Source: Callorhinchus milii (lineage: Eukaryota). Taken from it: a stretch of 64,000 bases of DNA. The notes under the pieces were generated by a model. That model did not search any database. It had not been told where the DNA came from and saw only the letters and a program-made list of their open reading frames with translations. The DNA lies in the NCBI RefSeq assembly GCF_018977255.1, contig NW_024704743.1, forward strand, positions 4,466,001-4,530,000, read 5' to 3'. Shown here one piece after another: positions 35,633 through 49,185 of the stretch (positions are counted from its first letter, which is position 1; every line of letters begins with the position of its first letter). The position numbers and the translations under genes are program-made.

Positions 35633-36400
35633 ACAACAACAACAAATTACATGTGTACAGCGTCCTGTGGCTCAGTGGTTAGAGCACTCACTTTGCAAGT
35701 GAGAGACCTGAGTTCAATCCCAGGCAGAGGGCGAAACCTCGGGCAAGTTTCCTTACTCCACACAGAGCCTAATAATAATCCCTCCAAAAAACAAAAACAA
35801 TAATAAATTGGTCATTTTCAATCTACGACTGTTTGTGGGACATTGCTGTGCGCAATTGGCTGCCGCGTTTGCCCACAAATATACAGTCAATTCACTTTAC
35901 AGTATGTTCTGTGAAGCGCTTTGGGACGTCCTCCCGACGTGAAAAGCGCTATATCAAATGCAAGGATTATTATTATTATTATTATTACAGCGCCTCTCAC
36001 GTCGGGAGGACGTCCCAAGGTGCTGGCCAGTGAGGGATTTGGACCCAAACGGGTGGTTGGGATCAGAGGAGGGTGGAGGGCAGGGAGGCTGGGGGTAGGA
36101 TGGTGGAAAGAAAAGGGAGCTTGGAGATGGGGCGGTATTTGGAGAGGAGAGATGAGTCTAGGGAATATTTTTTGAGGATGAGGATGGGGACGGTGCCAGT
36201 GGACAGGGAGAAGTTGATGATGTCTGTGAGCAGAGGGGCAAGGAGGTGGAGCTGGGAGGTAAAGAGAGGGGCAGGGATGGGGTCGAGGGAGCAGGTGGGG
36301 GGATTCATATGGATCATAATGATGGTGAAAGAGGAGGGGGAGACAAGTTCGAAGGTGTGGAGGGAGGGAAGAGTAGGGGCCAGAGTGTGTGGGGAAATGG
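35633..36400 (-). mobile_element. L2 remnant: 3' tail joined to pre-RT ORF2 segment, split by a SINE insertion
   Basis: TCSLDPIP..LAPLLTDIINFSLSTGTVP..KK..LD..KYRPISKLPFLS is the L2/CR1 pre-RT motif; the tail lies at 35633-35662 and 35986-36075. Confidence 0.82.
35660..35987 (+). mobile_element. tRNA-derived SINE, short young subfamily, with 7-bp target duplication
   Basis: Full copy flanked by TACAGCG at 35656-35662 and 35986-35992. Confidence 0.92.
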
Positions 36401-37127
36401 GGGGGGGGTAGCAATTGAAAGGGCAGTGGCAGCTGAGTGGAACCCCTCGATTTTGATCTCAAGGAAGTCCAGCATCTCCTTGCAGTTGTGCACACGGTCA
36501 AAAAGCTAAGATTTGTGATGGTAACCTTGAAGGAGGCAAGGGAGGGGAGCAAGGCGGAGGTGCTTCGGGACGGAGTTCCAGGGGATTGGTGCAGAAGAGG
36601 TTTTGACCTTCAGGGTTGAGGACAACTCTACGCCAACAAGTCTCATTGACGGGATGTCTTTCCGACGTGAAGGGCTCTATACGTGCGTCATCTGCCGTTG
36701 TTGATGCCCCAGATGGGCTGGCCAACCATCAACGATATCTTGGGTTGCTGGGTACCTTCCAGGCATTCTCAGCTGCATCTCCTTGGAGTCTGTTCAATTC
36801 CTGTGAGACGTGTAAACTCTTCCTGTCTGTGTTGGCTCGGATGGCCTGCATTGTGTGCCTAGGCACTTTACCTAAGCTTCTGCAATGTTATTGTTTTTTA
36901 TCAAAATCTGTTGAATTGCGCACGCCACCTCTTTCCTTCACAGCTGAGGAATTTCGAACAAAGCAGCAACTGTTTTTGCACTTCCACATTTCTGTCACAT
37001 TCGTGTTCTGGGTCGGGGGGGGGGGTGGTGGGGGGGGGGGTGGGGTGGTGGAGGGAGGAATTCAAGCCGGTTCAGGTCGAACTGGCTTTTCAGTCTCCGC
37101 AGCTTGCTGTGGAACGGAATCGATGCC

Positions 37128-37250
37128 GGGCGCCAGACTTTAGGAAGGATGCCAAGGCCTTGGAGAGAGTGCAGAGGAGATTTACTAGAATGATACCAGG
37201 GTTGGGGGACTTCAGTTACGCAGAGAGGCGAGAGAAGCTGGGATTGTTTT
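37128..37250 (+). mobile_element. CR1 LINE ORF2 C-terminal fragment
   Basis: FRKDAKALERVQRRFTRMIPGLGDFSYAERREKLGLF matches the CR1 ORF2 C-terminal motif (LERVQRRFTRM..L.Y.ERL..LGLF). Confidence 0.88.
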
Positions 37251-37269
37251 TCAAATCACCATTAGATCT

Positions 37270-37890
37270 TTCCGGCTGTAGGCATTTGTCACTGCCAGAG
37301 TCAGGAGGTTGTGGAAGCTGGACTTGCAACGTCTCAGCTGACGTTCCAAAGCAGTGCTGGAGGAGGGGTGGAGGGTGGGTGGGGTGTGTTGCATCGTTGG
37401 AGGGTCTGTCCTTCCTTCGGAGGAGACGCTAAAGCAAGGTGGACGTTAACGAAAGGTGGACGTTAAAGATGCCATGGCCCAATCCGAAAAGAGAAGGGAG
37501 TTTCTCCCGCTGTCAACAATTCCCTAAGTAAAAGTTGGCCACTCACTCGCTCACTCACTCGCTCGCTCGCTCGCTCACATGGCTGTTTGTGGGACATGGC
37601 TGCGCGCAACTGGCTGGCGTGTTTCACCCACAAAATACACAATCAAAAACCACTTTACAGTACATCCAGTGAAGCGCTTTGAGATGTCTCAAAGACGTTT
37701 AGATTTAACAGATGTCTAGATAATTATTTGGGGAGAGAGTGGGGGGAGCGGGATTGAGTTGGATAGCTCTTTTCAAAGAGCCAGCTCAGACACGATGGGC
37801 CGAATGGCCTCCGTCTGTGCTGTATAATTCTAGGATTCCATGATGACGTAAGGCGCTATATCAAATGCAAGGATGTTTTATTATTATTAT
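37270..37890 (+). mobile_element. Deu-like SINE with CR1 3' end (~37700-37844) nested in its tail
   Basis: Deu-like core GGTGGACGTTAAAGATGCCATGG; the tail is interrupted by GGGCCGAATGGCCTCCGTCTGTGCTGTA and resumes at GACGTAAGGCGCT. Confidence 0.72.
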
Positions 37891-37995
37891 TGCAAAACAA
37901 TAATACTAATCCTTGCATTTCATATGGCGCCTTGTCATGTCGTCAAGACATCTCAAAGCGCTTCACAGGATTGTTACTGTGAGGTGTGACTGTGT

Positions 37996-38620
37996 AACCT
38001 GGGTGTCTTGTTCGACCCTCAACTGTCTTTTCTCCCCCACATCCAAGCCATGACCGTTCTGCCTTCCCTCACCTCTGTAATATCGCCCGCCTCCGCCACT
38101 ACCTCACCCCTCAGGCGCTGAAACTCTTGTTCATGCCTTCATCCCCTCCAGGCTCGACTATGCAAACGCTCTGCTTGTCGGCCTTCCCAACTCCTCCCTC
38201 CACAGGCTGCAGATAATCCAGAACTCTGCAGCCCGTGTCCTCTCCCGCACCAAACTCTGTGACCCCATCTCCCCCATTCTCGCCCGACTCCATTGGCTTC
38301 CTATCCTTCAGAGGATCCAGTTCAAGATCCTGGTCCTCACCTACAAAGCCCTCCGTGGCCTCGCCCCACCCTACCTCTGCGACCTCCAAACCCCCTACCA
38401 ACCCGCCCGCTCCCTCCGCTCAGCCGGCTCTGGCCTGCTCCACGTCCCTCGACCCACCCGCCCCACCATTGGCGGGAGAGCCTTCAGCCACTCTACCCCC
38501 AACCTCTGGAATTCCATCCCCCAGTCACTCCGCCTCGCCTACTCCTTAGCCTCCTTCAAGTCCCACCTCCTCCCGACAGAAAGGCGCTGTACAAATGTAA
38601 TCTTGCTGTTGTTGTTGTTG
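37996..38620 (+). mobile_element. L2 5'-truncated copy
   Basis: Highly similar to 14629-15320 (NLGVLFDPQLSFLPHIQ..SRLDYANALL..LWNSIP); (TTG)n end. Confidence 0.92.
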
Positions 38621-41600
38621 TACACTTTGCGGGCAAACAAGCAGCCAATGTCGCGCACACAGCCATGGAGTGAATGACCAACTTTTATCTGGAGGCTTGT
38701 TGGCCAGAGAAGGTACCCCTGAAGGTGGGACGATTACTATCCTGCAATATAGATCAAGTGTTACTATACATTTGAAAAGGAAATGATCCGGCAATCAACT
38801 GGAGTTTTTATTATTATTATCATTATTATTATTATTATTATTATTTATTATAATATCTGGAAACACCTCCAGCTTAGATAACACAGTAAAACTTTGATGA
38901 TGATGATAATAATAATAATAATAAAAATAATCCTTGCATTTGATCCGGCTTCTTATCCAGGTGGTCGAGACTCCCCCAAAACTCTTCACCGAACGTGCTG
39001 TGAAAGTGGACTGACATTTTGCGGGTGATATTTTGTACATTTTGATATCTTTCTGAACTGCTGACGACCTTGAGCCGGTGTAAGATAATTAGCTTGGTGA
39101 ATCAGCACCGATCTTGATGCGAGCTTAAAGGAATAGGTTCGAAACAAAGAAATCTCTTTTTTTTCTCTACCTCAATCATATTAAGACAAAACAGCGCGGC
39201 ATAAATACCAGATAAAAAGAGCCAGTGCACGTTCATTCGGTTGCCGCTAAATATTGCGGTGACGCTGCCAAGAATCCGCCAGATAAAAATGTATGATGAA
39301 AAAAGCACAATTACTGCCCCACCAGGACTCCCATCTCAACACAGCGCCACGCTGAGCAAATCCCAGCTGCACGCTCCACAACCATCCTCCGCCTCACCCA
39401 GTTTCCACAGATAGTGCGCATTATACTGACAGACGCAGTCAGCTCGCTATTGTGTCTGCCACTTCAGCTGTCCCAGAGACCATGAGGAGGAGGAGGAGGA
39501 AGAGGAGGAGGAGGAGGAATGCAGGAGTGGTTATTTTAAACGGGTTTGAAACGGGCCTGTCCTGAAATTGGAGGATGTGCTTAAAAGTCCTGCGCGTATA
39601 TACGTTATATATTATTCCTACGCGAGTGAAACTTAAAACGAGAAAGTGAACGTCTTCGCTTTTCGGTGGGGATAATGATTCCTTAAAAAAGTAATGTTAA
39701 GAATTTGGTCACTTTGTGGGACGCTGCTGTGCGCAATTGGCTGCCGTGTTTCGCCCGAAAATATACCGTCAATCCCCTTTACGGTCTGTTCTGTGAAGCG
39801 CTTCGAGAAGTCTCGAAGACGTGATAAGGCGCCATATCAAATGCAAGGATTATTAATTATTATACAGCAAAGAAGGAGGACAACTCTACCCATCCTGGCC
39901 ATGTTGGTGTGAGCGCCTCCACTGGATCCATCGATCAATCCCGTTCTACACATGGTTCCCCATACCCTGTCAGTGTTATTTTCTTCTCAAAATATTGAGA
40001 GTGTGCACACGCACAAAATCTTCGAACCTCTCTTCCCTTTTTCTCTTCTGCACTCGCTTTACAACTGAAAACTTGCTGAGATCTCTGACCTTTTGAAGCG
40101 GGGACACAGGTCTCCTCATACCTTCCAGTTGAAATTGATGAGAGCTGTTGGCATTTCACGCATTTTGCGCTCGTACTTTCCACGGGCAACAGTGGGGACT
40201 CGGCAATGTGGCGTTCGATGTGACAATTATCACCAGTGCTAATTATTCCAATGGACAGAAAATTTGGTCAAACAGCCTCCTTAAACTTGAAACCCCTGAC
40301 GTCAGGTTTAGGGGTGTGAATCTTGCTGGTTCTCTCTTCCCTTTCTTCCTCTCACCTCTCCCCGCGATCCCCAACTCCTCTCGCACCCCCCCCCCCCCCC
40401 TCCCCTCTCTCCTCTCTCTCCCCCTCTCCCTCCTTGAAAGTTCTGTAGATTCAATATTGGCATTGTGATTTTTTTTTTCGTTTGTGGAGAGCCATTACCA
40501 CCAAACATGAGAGCTGAATTTCAACACTCTCTCTCTCTCTCCTCTCTCCACCTTCCAGCTCAATGTTGACTCGGTCTTGAATTTGAAGTTGCACCTTTTT
40601 AAGATGCAACCTGGCTCCCACTGTCGGCGGAGGGGTTGTCCTTTGGCTGAGACCGAGGCCCCTGTTGCCTTTTCCGGACGAGGTTAGAGATCCCTTGCCG
40701 ATTTCCACAAGTCCGAATTTCCATCTGTATCGCTCGTTTCATGCCGGGAGGACGCTCGTTGAAAAGAGTCGGGAAGTTTCTCCCGTTTGTCTTGGCCAAC
40801 AAGGTCAAGTTGGTCATTCACCTCGTGGCTGTTTGTGGCGCATCGCGGGGCGCAAATTGCCGGTTGCGTTCGGTTCCAAAATACACGGTGGCTGCACTTC
40901 CCAGTAAACCCCCCGCGAAGCGCTTTGAGACGGCCTCCTGTACTGAAAAGTCACCGTGTCAAATACAGGGATTCACACCAAAAATGAAAGGTTTGCTTTG
41001 GACACGTGCCCAAATTCGTGCTGCGTGACGTGTAAAGTCATCTGCCGTGTGCCTAAACCGAAATGACACTGTCCAGCTAATGCTATCCATCCCCAACACT
41101 GCCTTTCTTCGTCCTCCGCAGCAGTGTTCGATAGGACAAGTGCAGGAAGCCAAGCCAAAGAAAAGCTTCGGGCCTCGTTAGATCTGCCTGGCAGATGTGA
41201 GAGGAACAGAAAAACAGATCAGGAGAGCGTTTACATAAGTTGCAGTTAAAAGGGTGAAAGGGAAAATGACCAATAAATTCCAAACACATCGTACAATAAT
41301 AAGCATATGGCATTGGCTAAAAATAGCCATTTTTGTTTGGTGACGTCCTTATAATGGGATATCCCAACTCAATGCCGTGATGCACAGATCACTATTTTAT
41401 TTAACGACTGCCATACAATACGGTCGACGCCACACCCTGGCCGTCCGTCCTCCTCCCGACCGTCAACCCCACTCAGGTCCCTGAGGTTTTCAGAAACATC
41501 ACACAAAGAAAATCAAATCGGGGCCGAATTTCGATTTTTTTTTCCCCCCACCGAATTTATTGTGCCCCGAACGTAAAACGAAGACGGTTCGAAACTCAAA

Positions 41601-41789
41601 CCGCCCAAATTAAAGGGCAGCGGCTACCAGCCCGGCTGGTGTTCTGTTGTTGCGCGAATCTAGATCGGCACTGGAATTACACCCAAAACGCTCGCAAATT
41701 ATTGTTGCCCAAATACGACCGGTTTCTGACGATAGGCAAAATAACGGAGAACAAACTGAATTAGATTTATTTTGCACTCTTGATACCTT

Positions 41790-42140
41790 CGCAGAATTTA
41801 CTCTCAAGTGTAGTGTTTGTAGGCATTTTGTGGGCAAACACGGCAGCTGGTTTGCACACACCAACGTGCAGGGAAACAGTCGTGAAAAGAATGATCAATC
41901 ATATCTGGCGGAGGGGGAAGTTTGTTGGTCAGCGCACTGGGACCAACTCCCTTCTCTTTTCGTACAGTCCCATGATATTTTGATTAACTACCCGAACAGG
42001 GAGACAAGACCTCATCTCATCCAAAGGATGGCACATCCAGCTCTTTCACTGCGCTCGAGAGTCAGCTCGATGGATGAGTTCAAACTACCGGACTGACTGT
42101 CTGACTCACAAGCTACAGAGGTGCCAACAGAGCCAAGACT
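41790..42140 (-). mobile_element. Deu-like SINE, degenerate
   Basis: Recognisable 3' half, core and head remnants. Confidence 0.6.
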
Positions 42141-43369
42141 AATAAAATCCCACTATTACCTAAACTGAGCGGGTTTCAAATTGCATTGTAGCTTTCGGGC
42201 TTGTCAAGAAGGTTTTCATCAGGAGTTGATGCTTCTTTTTTTATTTATCGTAAAAAAAATAATCATTGCGTTTGGTAAAAGCGCCTTTCATGGCAGAACG
42301 AGGTCTCAAAGCGCTTCACGGGATTTACTGCAAAGTGTAGTGACTGTATGTTTTGTAGGCGAACCCTGACAAACCGAGGTGGACAGCCGAGCCGTTTGTG
42401 CCAGGTCTAGGGCAGGCCGAGCGGATGGACGGGGAGGGCCCGTGGGCAGCAATCCTTGTGTTTCATTCAATCTGTCACGAGTGACTGTCCTGGCGTGATG
42501 CGTGTAGGAAATGTGGGCAGGGTCGGTCGAGATTGCCGAAGGGCTGTGCGCAATTTGCATCAGAATCTGTGACTGGGCCTCATTAGTGTAGTGTAGTCTG
42601 GGCTTTGTTGAAGCCTGGCGGCAAAAGTGCCATCTGCTTGCCTGAAGCCTCCGACGCAGTCCAAAGGAACCGGCCCTTTAAAAAACAATTCTGATGAAAG
42701 AAATTAAATCTCCAGATCTGCGAGGCATTGCAGCTTACAGACTGATGTCCTGTTATAATAATAATAATAATACCACTAGTACTACTACTACTAATAATAC
42801 TACTAATAATAATCCTTGCATTTGACGCAGCACTTTATCACGTCGTCGAGACGCCTCACAGCACTTCACAGGACACGCTGGGTGGTGTGACTGTGTATTT
42901 TGTGGGCGAAATTAACACAATGATTGAAAAATTGTCAGTGGAGTTAATATGGCTGGAACATTGGCAGATGGAGCAGATGCTCACGTGCCTGTGTACAAAA
43001 TATTAGGTCGCCGTTAATTGCTTGAAATAAAAATAATGGCTTCGATTCAGCATCTTTGAAGAGTGATGATGTTCAAACCGTGATGGTTAATTGCAATGAA
43101 ATAACCGCGTAGGCAGTTGGTCCTTGCTACTTAAGGTTTCAGACATCCATTAAGTTGTTTGCCAATAAAGTAGAGCATTGTAGCAACCAGCAAAGTCATT
43201 GCGAGCTGGTTAAAATCATGAGCAAAAAAAAGCTCCTTCGAACGATTATTTCAGGTGGACTTCGTTCTGGTCAGCAGGGTATCAGGCACATGTGGAAACC
43301 CATCACACGCTTAACAGTGTCCAATCCAAACTGAGTGCTATACGTTTACCCGCTATCCTTGGAAATTAC

Positions 43370-43724
43370 GTGGCGTCCCGTAGCTTAGTGATTAGAGCAC
43401 TCGTCTCGCAAGCGAGAGGCCCCGGGTTCGATTCCTGGCAGGGCGAAACGTTGGGCAAGGTTCCTTACTCCGCACGCCTCTGTTTGCCCAGCGATAGGTA
43501 GGAACCCAGTTGTTAGTCATTTGGCGGATCGTTTTTCCGGGAGTCATAACTTCTTAAAAAGAATAATAATTTGGTGACATTTTGTGGGGACGCTGCTGTG
43601 CCCAATTGGCTGCCGCGTTTCGCCCACAAAACGTACAGTCAATTCACTTTACAGTATATTCTGTGAAGCGCTTTGAGACGTCTAGAAGACGTGATGAGGC
43701 GCTGTATCAAATGCAAGGATGATT
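43370..43724 (+). mobile_element. tRNA-derived SINE, long subfamily
   Basis: A/B boxes, central block, tail. Confidence 0.9.
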
Positions 43725-45218
43725 AAATTCCTGTGTCTGGAGTGGAGCACCAACACTATCCCCGGAGTGACGCACTGTGCTTACCGAATACCAGAGAGTA
43801 TCAGGCGCAGTTTGGCAAAGTCTTGGGGACCCCAGAGTGTGGGTTGGAGTAACTGCTGCAGTAACTGCTGGAGTTTAACCAGATAAAATTGCATAGCTTG
43901 CCATTGAAAGCACTGTCTGGCAAACACTACCCTTTTGGGCTTTGGCTTACAGGGTTAACAGGAGTCGAGTGTGAAGAATCCCTTTCCCCAGTGTTGGAGG
44001 GTATGGGGGAAAGAGCAGGGAATTGGGATTATGTTCGTGGCTTCTTGTCGAGGAGCAAAAAACAAAATGGTGCAAAATAACGGGCCAAGTGACCTCCTGA
44101 TGTGGGGCGTTTTTGGTCGGTTTATCGAACGGTTTTGTCCACATCCAGACCCAAACGTTACAGGTTCCAGTCCTAGTCTGTGCTGAATTAGCTGTTCAGC
44201 AATTGAGGTAGCCTTGAGGGCAACACGCACAGTGAGGAAGGAGGCAGAGGAGCTCGACAGGGCGACCTCTCGTGAACGCTGGCCAGAAACCGTTCCTCAG
44301 AGGTCTGTGGAAGTTGAGAAAGGACCGAATCGAGATTGACTGTAACTCCCCAGCACTGCATTGAAGTGTCAGTTTAGACTCTATGAGTTCCAAGTCCTGA
44401 GCTGTGACTCTTTAAGAGAGGTCTCTGATCACCTGAGCGAAGCACTGGGAAATGTGGAACGTTACTCCGTAAGAGGAATTGGGGGGTGGGGGGGGGTGGG
44501 TGGGGGGGTCAAACACCTTAAAGAAAGGTAAAGGAAAAAATGTGTTTTTTAAAAAAAATCCTGATGAATATGTAAATGGGGAATTAAAGGAAATATAAAA
44601 CTTGCATAAAGTATTCCTGCTATCTGTGTTGTCAGCAGATATTCCACGCTACCTATTAATGAACATCTTCCCTGGCTGCAGGAATGCTGGCGTTGTCGCT
44701 TTCTGGTCTCGCGGTAGTGTAAAATTCCACAGCTGATTTCATTTGGAAGGGGGAGGTGTGGGGGGGGGTGGGGGGGGGGCGCGGCGGAGAGAGAACAAAT
44801 TCTGTATCCCAAAATATATGTATTATCTCTGTTTAATTAACTTGCTAACCCGTGTATTTTATGTTGTATACAGTGAGTGTTATCTAAGTCAATAAACGCA
44901 GTGAACAAATGTTTATTTGAGGCGGTGGCCCGGTTTACCACAAAGACTTGTTTCTTATATTCATTTGCACGCACACCTCGAAGGGCTAAGATTGCATCTC
45001 TCCCCCTCTCTCTCTCTCTCTCTCTCTCCCCCCCTCTCTCTTTCTCTCTCTCTCTCACTCTTACGTCATTTAGTTGGCAGACCTTTATTGGGCACAATGA
45101 TTATCCTATTATTGGGCTAAATCATCAAATGCTGCCAGTGTATCTTGAGAAACCAGCACCGTTCCGTTTATCTTCTTTGCCTTCAAAATGCACAGTCCCA
45201 TCACTTTACATTATACCT

Positions 45219-45565
45219 GCAGCGTAGTGGTGAGAGCACTCGGCTCGCATGCCAGAGGACCCGAGTTCGATTCCCAGGCAGGGCGAAACGTTAGGCATGT
45301 TATTCCAAACGCCTATTTACCTGGCAGTAAGTAGGAATCCAGTTGTTAGTCGATTGACGGATCACTTTCCGGGGTAATAATATCTCCCCCAAAATTATGA
45401 TAATTCGGCCACTCAATTTGTTTGTGGGACGCTGCCGTGCACAATTGGCTGCCACGTTTCGCCCGTAAAATATGCAGTCAATTCACATGACAGTATATTC
45501 TGTGAAGCTCTTTGAGACGTCTCAACGACGTGATGAGGCGCAGTACCAAATGCAAGGATTATTAT
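45219..45565 (+). mobile_element. tRNA-derived SINE, long subfamily
   Basis: A/B boxes, central block, tail. Confidence 0.88.
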
Positions 45566-45605
45566 GTTATCTTGAAAGAGCATCTCAAATGAGGATTGTC
45601 TGGAA

Positions 45606-45872
45606 CAGCATGGTCTAACCTCTTGCTACTGAGGCCTGGATGCCGGATTTCGGAAATGTTCGCAGGCCACATAAGCAATATTTTATCCTGATTAGCCAGT
45701 CGCATTGCTGGGTCGAGCCTGAGCCCCTGGTGACCACCTTCTGATTGGTTCGGGGTCTGCATGTCGCCTGTATTTGCTCGTAGGACAATGAAGTTGGAAA
45801 GTGGTTCATAGGCCAGACAAAATCATCCTCTGGGCTGGATGCGGCCCGCGGGCCGCCAGTTGGATCACCCTG
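45606..45872. mobile_element. hAT/Charlie-like MITE
   Basis: Imperfect TIRs CAGCATGGTCTAAC / GTTGGATCACCCTG (10/14), subterminal GGCCCGCGGGCCG, flanking 8-mers GTCTGGAA / GTCTAGAG (6/8; NTCTAGAN-type target). Confidence 0.72.
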
Positions 45873-47246
45873 GTCTAGAGCATGATTAGGTTTTTTTTTG
45901 ACATAATGAGAAGCTAAGCTGCAGCTAATAAGTTAATGTGGAAAGAGTACACATTAAGAGTGACCTTGGTGGCCTATTTTTCTCCCCCCTCCCACCCCCA
46001 AAATGGAGCTGTGGAACCGAGGTAGAGTTTGATGAATTTCAAACTTGTGATTCCTCTGACCTGTCTTAATGCTGTTTTGCTGATTCTGTCTATAATGATT
46101 TGGGGGCCATGTTGCAACATAGTCGTCGTAGTGATTGGTGAAATATCTATAACGCAGCTTTTAAAAAGGTGCGAAGAGACTGATAAATAGATAAACCCCT
46201 TTCTCCCCCGCCCCTTCCCCCCCCGCAAAAAAAAACCCAACAGTTTATATTCTTGGCAGAGGTTGTTCTCCGACGGTGTCTTGCATTTAAACAGGATTGC
46301 AAAATTGCTTGAAGCACAAGTGGGTCTGGAATATGCTGAAACTGCCAGTGATGTGGTAACTGCCCCATTTACCCCATTGCGGCTCTGTTTACCTGACAGA
46401 TTGCCAAAGAGGGGGCTGTTTGAGGCCAGGATGATGGACTCATTTTTAATTAAATAAGTAGTTTGATGCTGCGAGACCCTCTCGGCTCGATTTTTCAATA
46501 CCTTCCACATCGGTTTCCCCGGCTCCACCGTTTTAAAAATCCGTTAAAATTCAAAGACTCCCACCACCCATATCCTCGCCCGCGCAAAACTCCGCACCTC
46601 CATCAACTCAGTCCTTGCCAGGATCCACAAAATATACAGTGAATTCACTTCACAGTTTCTTCTGTGAATAGAAGTTCTCGAAGACGTGAAAAGGTGCTGT
46701 ATCAAATGCAAGGACTATTATTACGATTACCATCACAACCATGACTTCTTCGCCCATCCCGTAGGCACTGTAGGTGGACTTCTGCGCTTGTTCTTCTGGT
46801 TTTGTGTCGGACGGCTTCGGTTTTGTGTCCGTCCCGCATAAAAAACGGCCTCAGCGAGAGCGACGTTCACGTGTCCAACTTCAAGAGCAGTTTTCTGTGC
46901 CGGTGGCGGCCTATTCTCCGATCGGTGAATCACGCAGAGCCGAGGGGTTGTGACTTTTAATTACTGCTTCTTCTTTATCAATGACAATGACCCTGACAAC
47001 GCTCTCAAACTCAGCAAGCAGTTCTTTGTCACTGATATTTGGTACAACAATTGGCCCTCTTTTTGACGACATTCTTCAGAACAATGTGCCCGGTTTGTGT
47101 TTCAGCTGCTGCCCTGCTCTGTCGAGAGCTGTCTGAAAGGCCTTTTTTATTATTGAGTGACGGCATGCGCTTCTCTTCATCTTACAAAACAAAATCTCTC
47201 CGAAACTACAGTTCTTTTAAGATTCATCGTCACTGTGCATTTTCAC

Positions 47247-47592
47247 GGCTTGAATGTGAGAGGACCTGGGTTCTTAATCCACCCGCCTCTGTTTGCCCAA
47301 AGGATTCTGTAGTGCTTCAAGACGTCTCAGTAGGAACCCGGTTGTTAGTTGATTGGCGGATCGTTTTTCCCGGGGGTAATAATTCCTTCAAAATAATAAA
47401 CAAAAAAATAATTAAATTGGTCACTTCAATGTGCCACTGCTTGTGGGACGCTGCTGTGCGCAATCGGCTGCCGCGTTTCGCCCCCAAAATATGCAGTCGA
47501 TTCACTTTACAGTCTATTCTGTGAAGCGCTTTGAGACGTCTCGAAGATGTGATAAGGCGCTATATCAAATGCAAGGATTATTATTATTATTA
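47247..47592 (+). mobile_element. SINE, long subfamily, rearranged 5' end
   Basis: Central block and canonical TCGAA-loop tail. Confidence 0.85.
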
Positions 47593-48104
47593 AAGTTCTG
47601 ACTTGGGGCTTGAACTCACGGGCGACTGACTCAGAGGCGAGGCCAGTCTGACACCTATAGTTCTGCAAAGGAGACGGAAAATAAGCTTAAAGTTCAATAG
47701 ATTCCTAAGTTTTGAGAGTTATCTTTCCGTGCCTTACAGAGTGGAGCATCTTTTTATATTTGCAGTCTGGCTTTCATCCTTTAAAGTGCACTTTGTTCGT
47801 GGAAAAAAATGTGTCAATCTGCGAGGAATTTGCCATTGTGGAAACCTCTTGTAGTGTTTGGTGCTTGAGTTTTGTTCTTGTACGGTTCTGACCGGTGGAA
47901 GTACTGGAAAATAACATTTTCAATTGCAATTGCACAAAAAACTGCAAAGTTCAAATTGTAATTGCAAGGCCATTGGCAGAAGAAAATAGTCTAGAAAGGC
48001 AGAGGGTGTGAATTTGTACCTTGCGATGAGGAAAATACAGGCAATAATAATGATTCTTCCAGTTGATACAGTCATGAGGACATCTGCAACCACTTCAAAG
48101 GATT

Positions 48105-48497
48105 TTTCTAAGAGAGATGTTTCATGTACACAGGTCTTTGAAGGTGGCAGGACAAGTTGATAGGGAGAAACTGTTGCCACTGCCGGGTGGATTGGTAACC
48201 AGAGGACATAGATTCAAGAGGATTGGCAAAAGAACCAGAGGGGAGATGAGGAGACATTTCTTTTACCCAGAGAGTTGTTAACGGTCTGGAATGCACTGCC
48301 TGAACGGGTGGTGGAAACGGATTCAACAACAGTTTTCAAAAGGGAATTGGATAGGTACTTGCAAAAGAAAAATTTGCGAGGATATAAAGAGCCGGGGTGC
48401 GGGGAACTGATTGGGTAGCTCTTCGAAAAAAGACCTGGCACAGGCACGATGGGCCGAATGGCCTCCTTCTGTGCTGTAATATTCTATGATGCTATGA
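48105..48497 (+). mobile_element. CR1 LINE 3' end (~400 bp)
   Basis: Degenerate ORF2 end (FFYPESC/TQRVV..WNALPERVV..FKRELDRYL) and 3' tail GGGCCGAATGGCCTCCTTCTGTGCTGTAATATTCTATGATGCTATG. Confidence 0.88.
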
Positions 48498-48795
48498 TCA
48501 AGCACTCTGGAGCACTACCCAGCATACGCAAGTGCAAGTTGTTGTTTTTCTGCAATGTGTAGCGACCCATCGAGGTGTATTGTAAGCTTCACTTGTACAG
48601 CTGCCTAATGTCTCGTCAGGGCTTTGCAGCAACTGGAGGAGGGGAGAAGGGGGAGGGAAGAGGTAACCGTAGGAGATGCAGGAAATATATTTGGATCCCG
48701 CATTCTTTCCTCTCCCCGCATCCTCACTGCGCTGAAATCGAACCACATTGAACTACCTCACTCCTGTGAACGTATCATTCCGCAAGACCTAAAGA

Positions 48796-49185
48796 CTTGC
48801 ATTTACACAGTGTCCCTCACGCAGGACAGCGTCTCAGAACGCTTAACGGTGGCGGAGCACGACACCGAACCGGTGGTGAGGAGGTGACCGTAAGCAGGAA
48901 GAGGAAGGCTTCCAGGCGCGACCTGAAAACGGGGAAGGAGGGGGCAAGGCGGAGGATGGAGGGAGAGTGTTCCAGAGTTTTGGGGCGTAGCAACTGAAAG
49001 TGCGGCCACCGATAATAATAATAATAATAATAATAATAATCCTTGTGTTTGATATAACACCTGATCACATCTTCAAGACATCTCGAAGCGCTTCACGGGT
49101 TATACTGCCAAGTGAAGTGACTGTATATTTTATGTTGGAACAGAAGGCACGAGGGTCAAGCAGGAGTCAGGAGCTAAGTTGGGAG
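48796..49185 (-). mobile_element. Old L2 3' fragment with nested SINE tail (49012-49135)
   Basis: Similar to 31705-32025; SINE tail with (TAA)n inserted. Confidence 0.65.
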
